Position numbers and translations under genes: made by a program
Assembly (NCBI GenBank): GCA_951406725.2
Contig: OX597831.1
Location: 73,532,001 to 73,596,000 of the forward strand
DNA: 64,000 bases
Reading direction: 5' to 3'
Source of the DNA: Octopus vulgaris
Taxonomy: Eukaryota
In this document: positions 63,140 to 64,000 of the stretch, one piece after another
Layout: each line of letters begins with the position of its first letter
How positions within the stretch are numbered: position 1 is the stretch's first letter
The notes under the pieces: model-generated
What the model was told of the DNA's origin: nothing
The model's input: only the letters and a program-made list of their open reading frames with translations
The model's database searches: none

Positions 63140-63583
63140 TAATTATATGTGTAGAAGCAGTATTAGTAGTAAAAGGCAATCATGATATCCAACTCAACGT
63201 GGATGTCTTGTTAGGGACTGAATGCTGCATTATTAGCCTCAAGAGATCCTTTCATGTAGGTGTTTGGTGCATAAAAGCCCATACAAAAATGGCAGCTGAC
63301 GAGAATCCTCTGTTGTGGACACCAGAATTCCTACATCACGTGATTTCATTCTACTGGAAATCATCATATTTACTGATGTGCATATATATTTGTTTGGTCC
63401 TTCATTTTGTCTGCCCCGTCCCTGCTAGTATGAGTGGGGGGTTTCTTGACAGGGGAAATGTCAGCAAATGTCACAGTAGCTCAGTGGTTTTGTAGCACAA
63501 AGTGTGAATATTTAGGGACACACACTCATGGCAAATTTTATGAGCTCTCGTTATGAGCAAAACAAGCTGTACTTTTGCAACAT

Positions 63584-64000
63584 TCATCATCATCAGGTTC
63601 CCTTAACTGATGCAGTCAATCATCGGGGTGCCATTGTAGATGTTTTTGCAGTCAGCCATTGCCACAGGTCCCTTCTTTCTTTCTGTCATAGTTTGTAACT
63701 TATCCAGTCCTTGATGTTGCTGCAGGCCAGGATTTTTCTGTCTGTCTCTCTTCTGCCCCCATCTCAACCGTGTCCTGAGGAATGATTTTGAACAAGGAGT
63801 TGTGGTGGGATATGTGACCATATCATGCAAGCTTTCATCTTTTTAGCTGTGCAAGGAGAGTGGTTCCTACCAGCTGGTGCATTTGTTGACTTGCAGCTTT
63901 ACAAAGCTCTTCATTTTCTGTTCTGCGTATGGGATGTGCAGCAGCCTTCTGAAGCACTTGCGCTCAAATGCCTGGAATCTTAGCTCTGTGTCAGCTGCAA
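63584..64000 (-). mobile_element. Degraded RTE (BovB-like) LINE 3' end (family R3), runs off the window
   Basis: Reverse strand reads FQAFERKCFRRLLHIPYAE...EPL...KLA*YGHISHHNSLFKIIPQDTVE...NIKDW, ending AAGGGAACC(TGA)n. Confidence 0.8.

Overview
AT-rich, repeat-saturated, non-coding eukaryotic DNA (intronic or intergenic). The microsatellite density and the SINE and LINE families best fit an octopus or other cephalopod genome; this is an inference. No host protein-coding exon can be supported, and almost all listed ORFs are microsatellite or SINE artefacts. The only convincing coding sequence is a 5'-truncated Penelope-like element (RT thumb, Cys-rich linker, GIY-YIG endonuclease; Naiad-like). 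It forms a ~2.3 kb head-to-head palindrome (32358-34716) inserted in (TA)n, and each arm carries a hammerhead-ribozyme-like motif. The same architecture (divergent inverted pair, one arm with an extra 3' tail, often TA-flanked) recurs at 100-330 bp scale. About 12 minimal hammerhead-like motifs from several families occur, some with compensatory core changes (G3-C8, U3-A8), suggesting a set of non-autonomous ribozyme-bearing PLE derivatives. Also present: four tRNA-derived SINE families (one multimerised with a fixed 184-bp period), 3' remnants of three RTE LINE families, piggyBac-, hAT- and Tigger-type MITEs, Helitron derivatives, minisatellites and a tRNA-Phe pseudogene. All calls are by eye, and ends of degraded elements are approximate.
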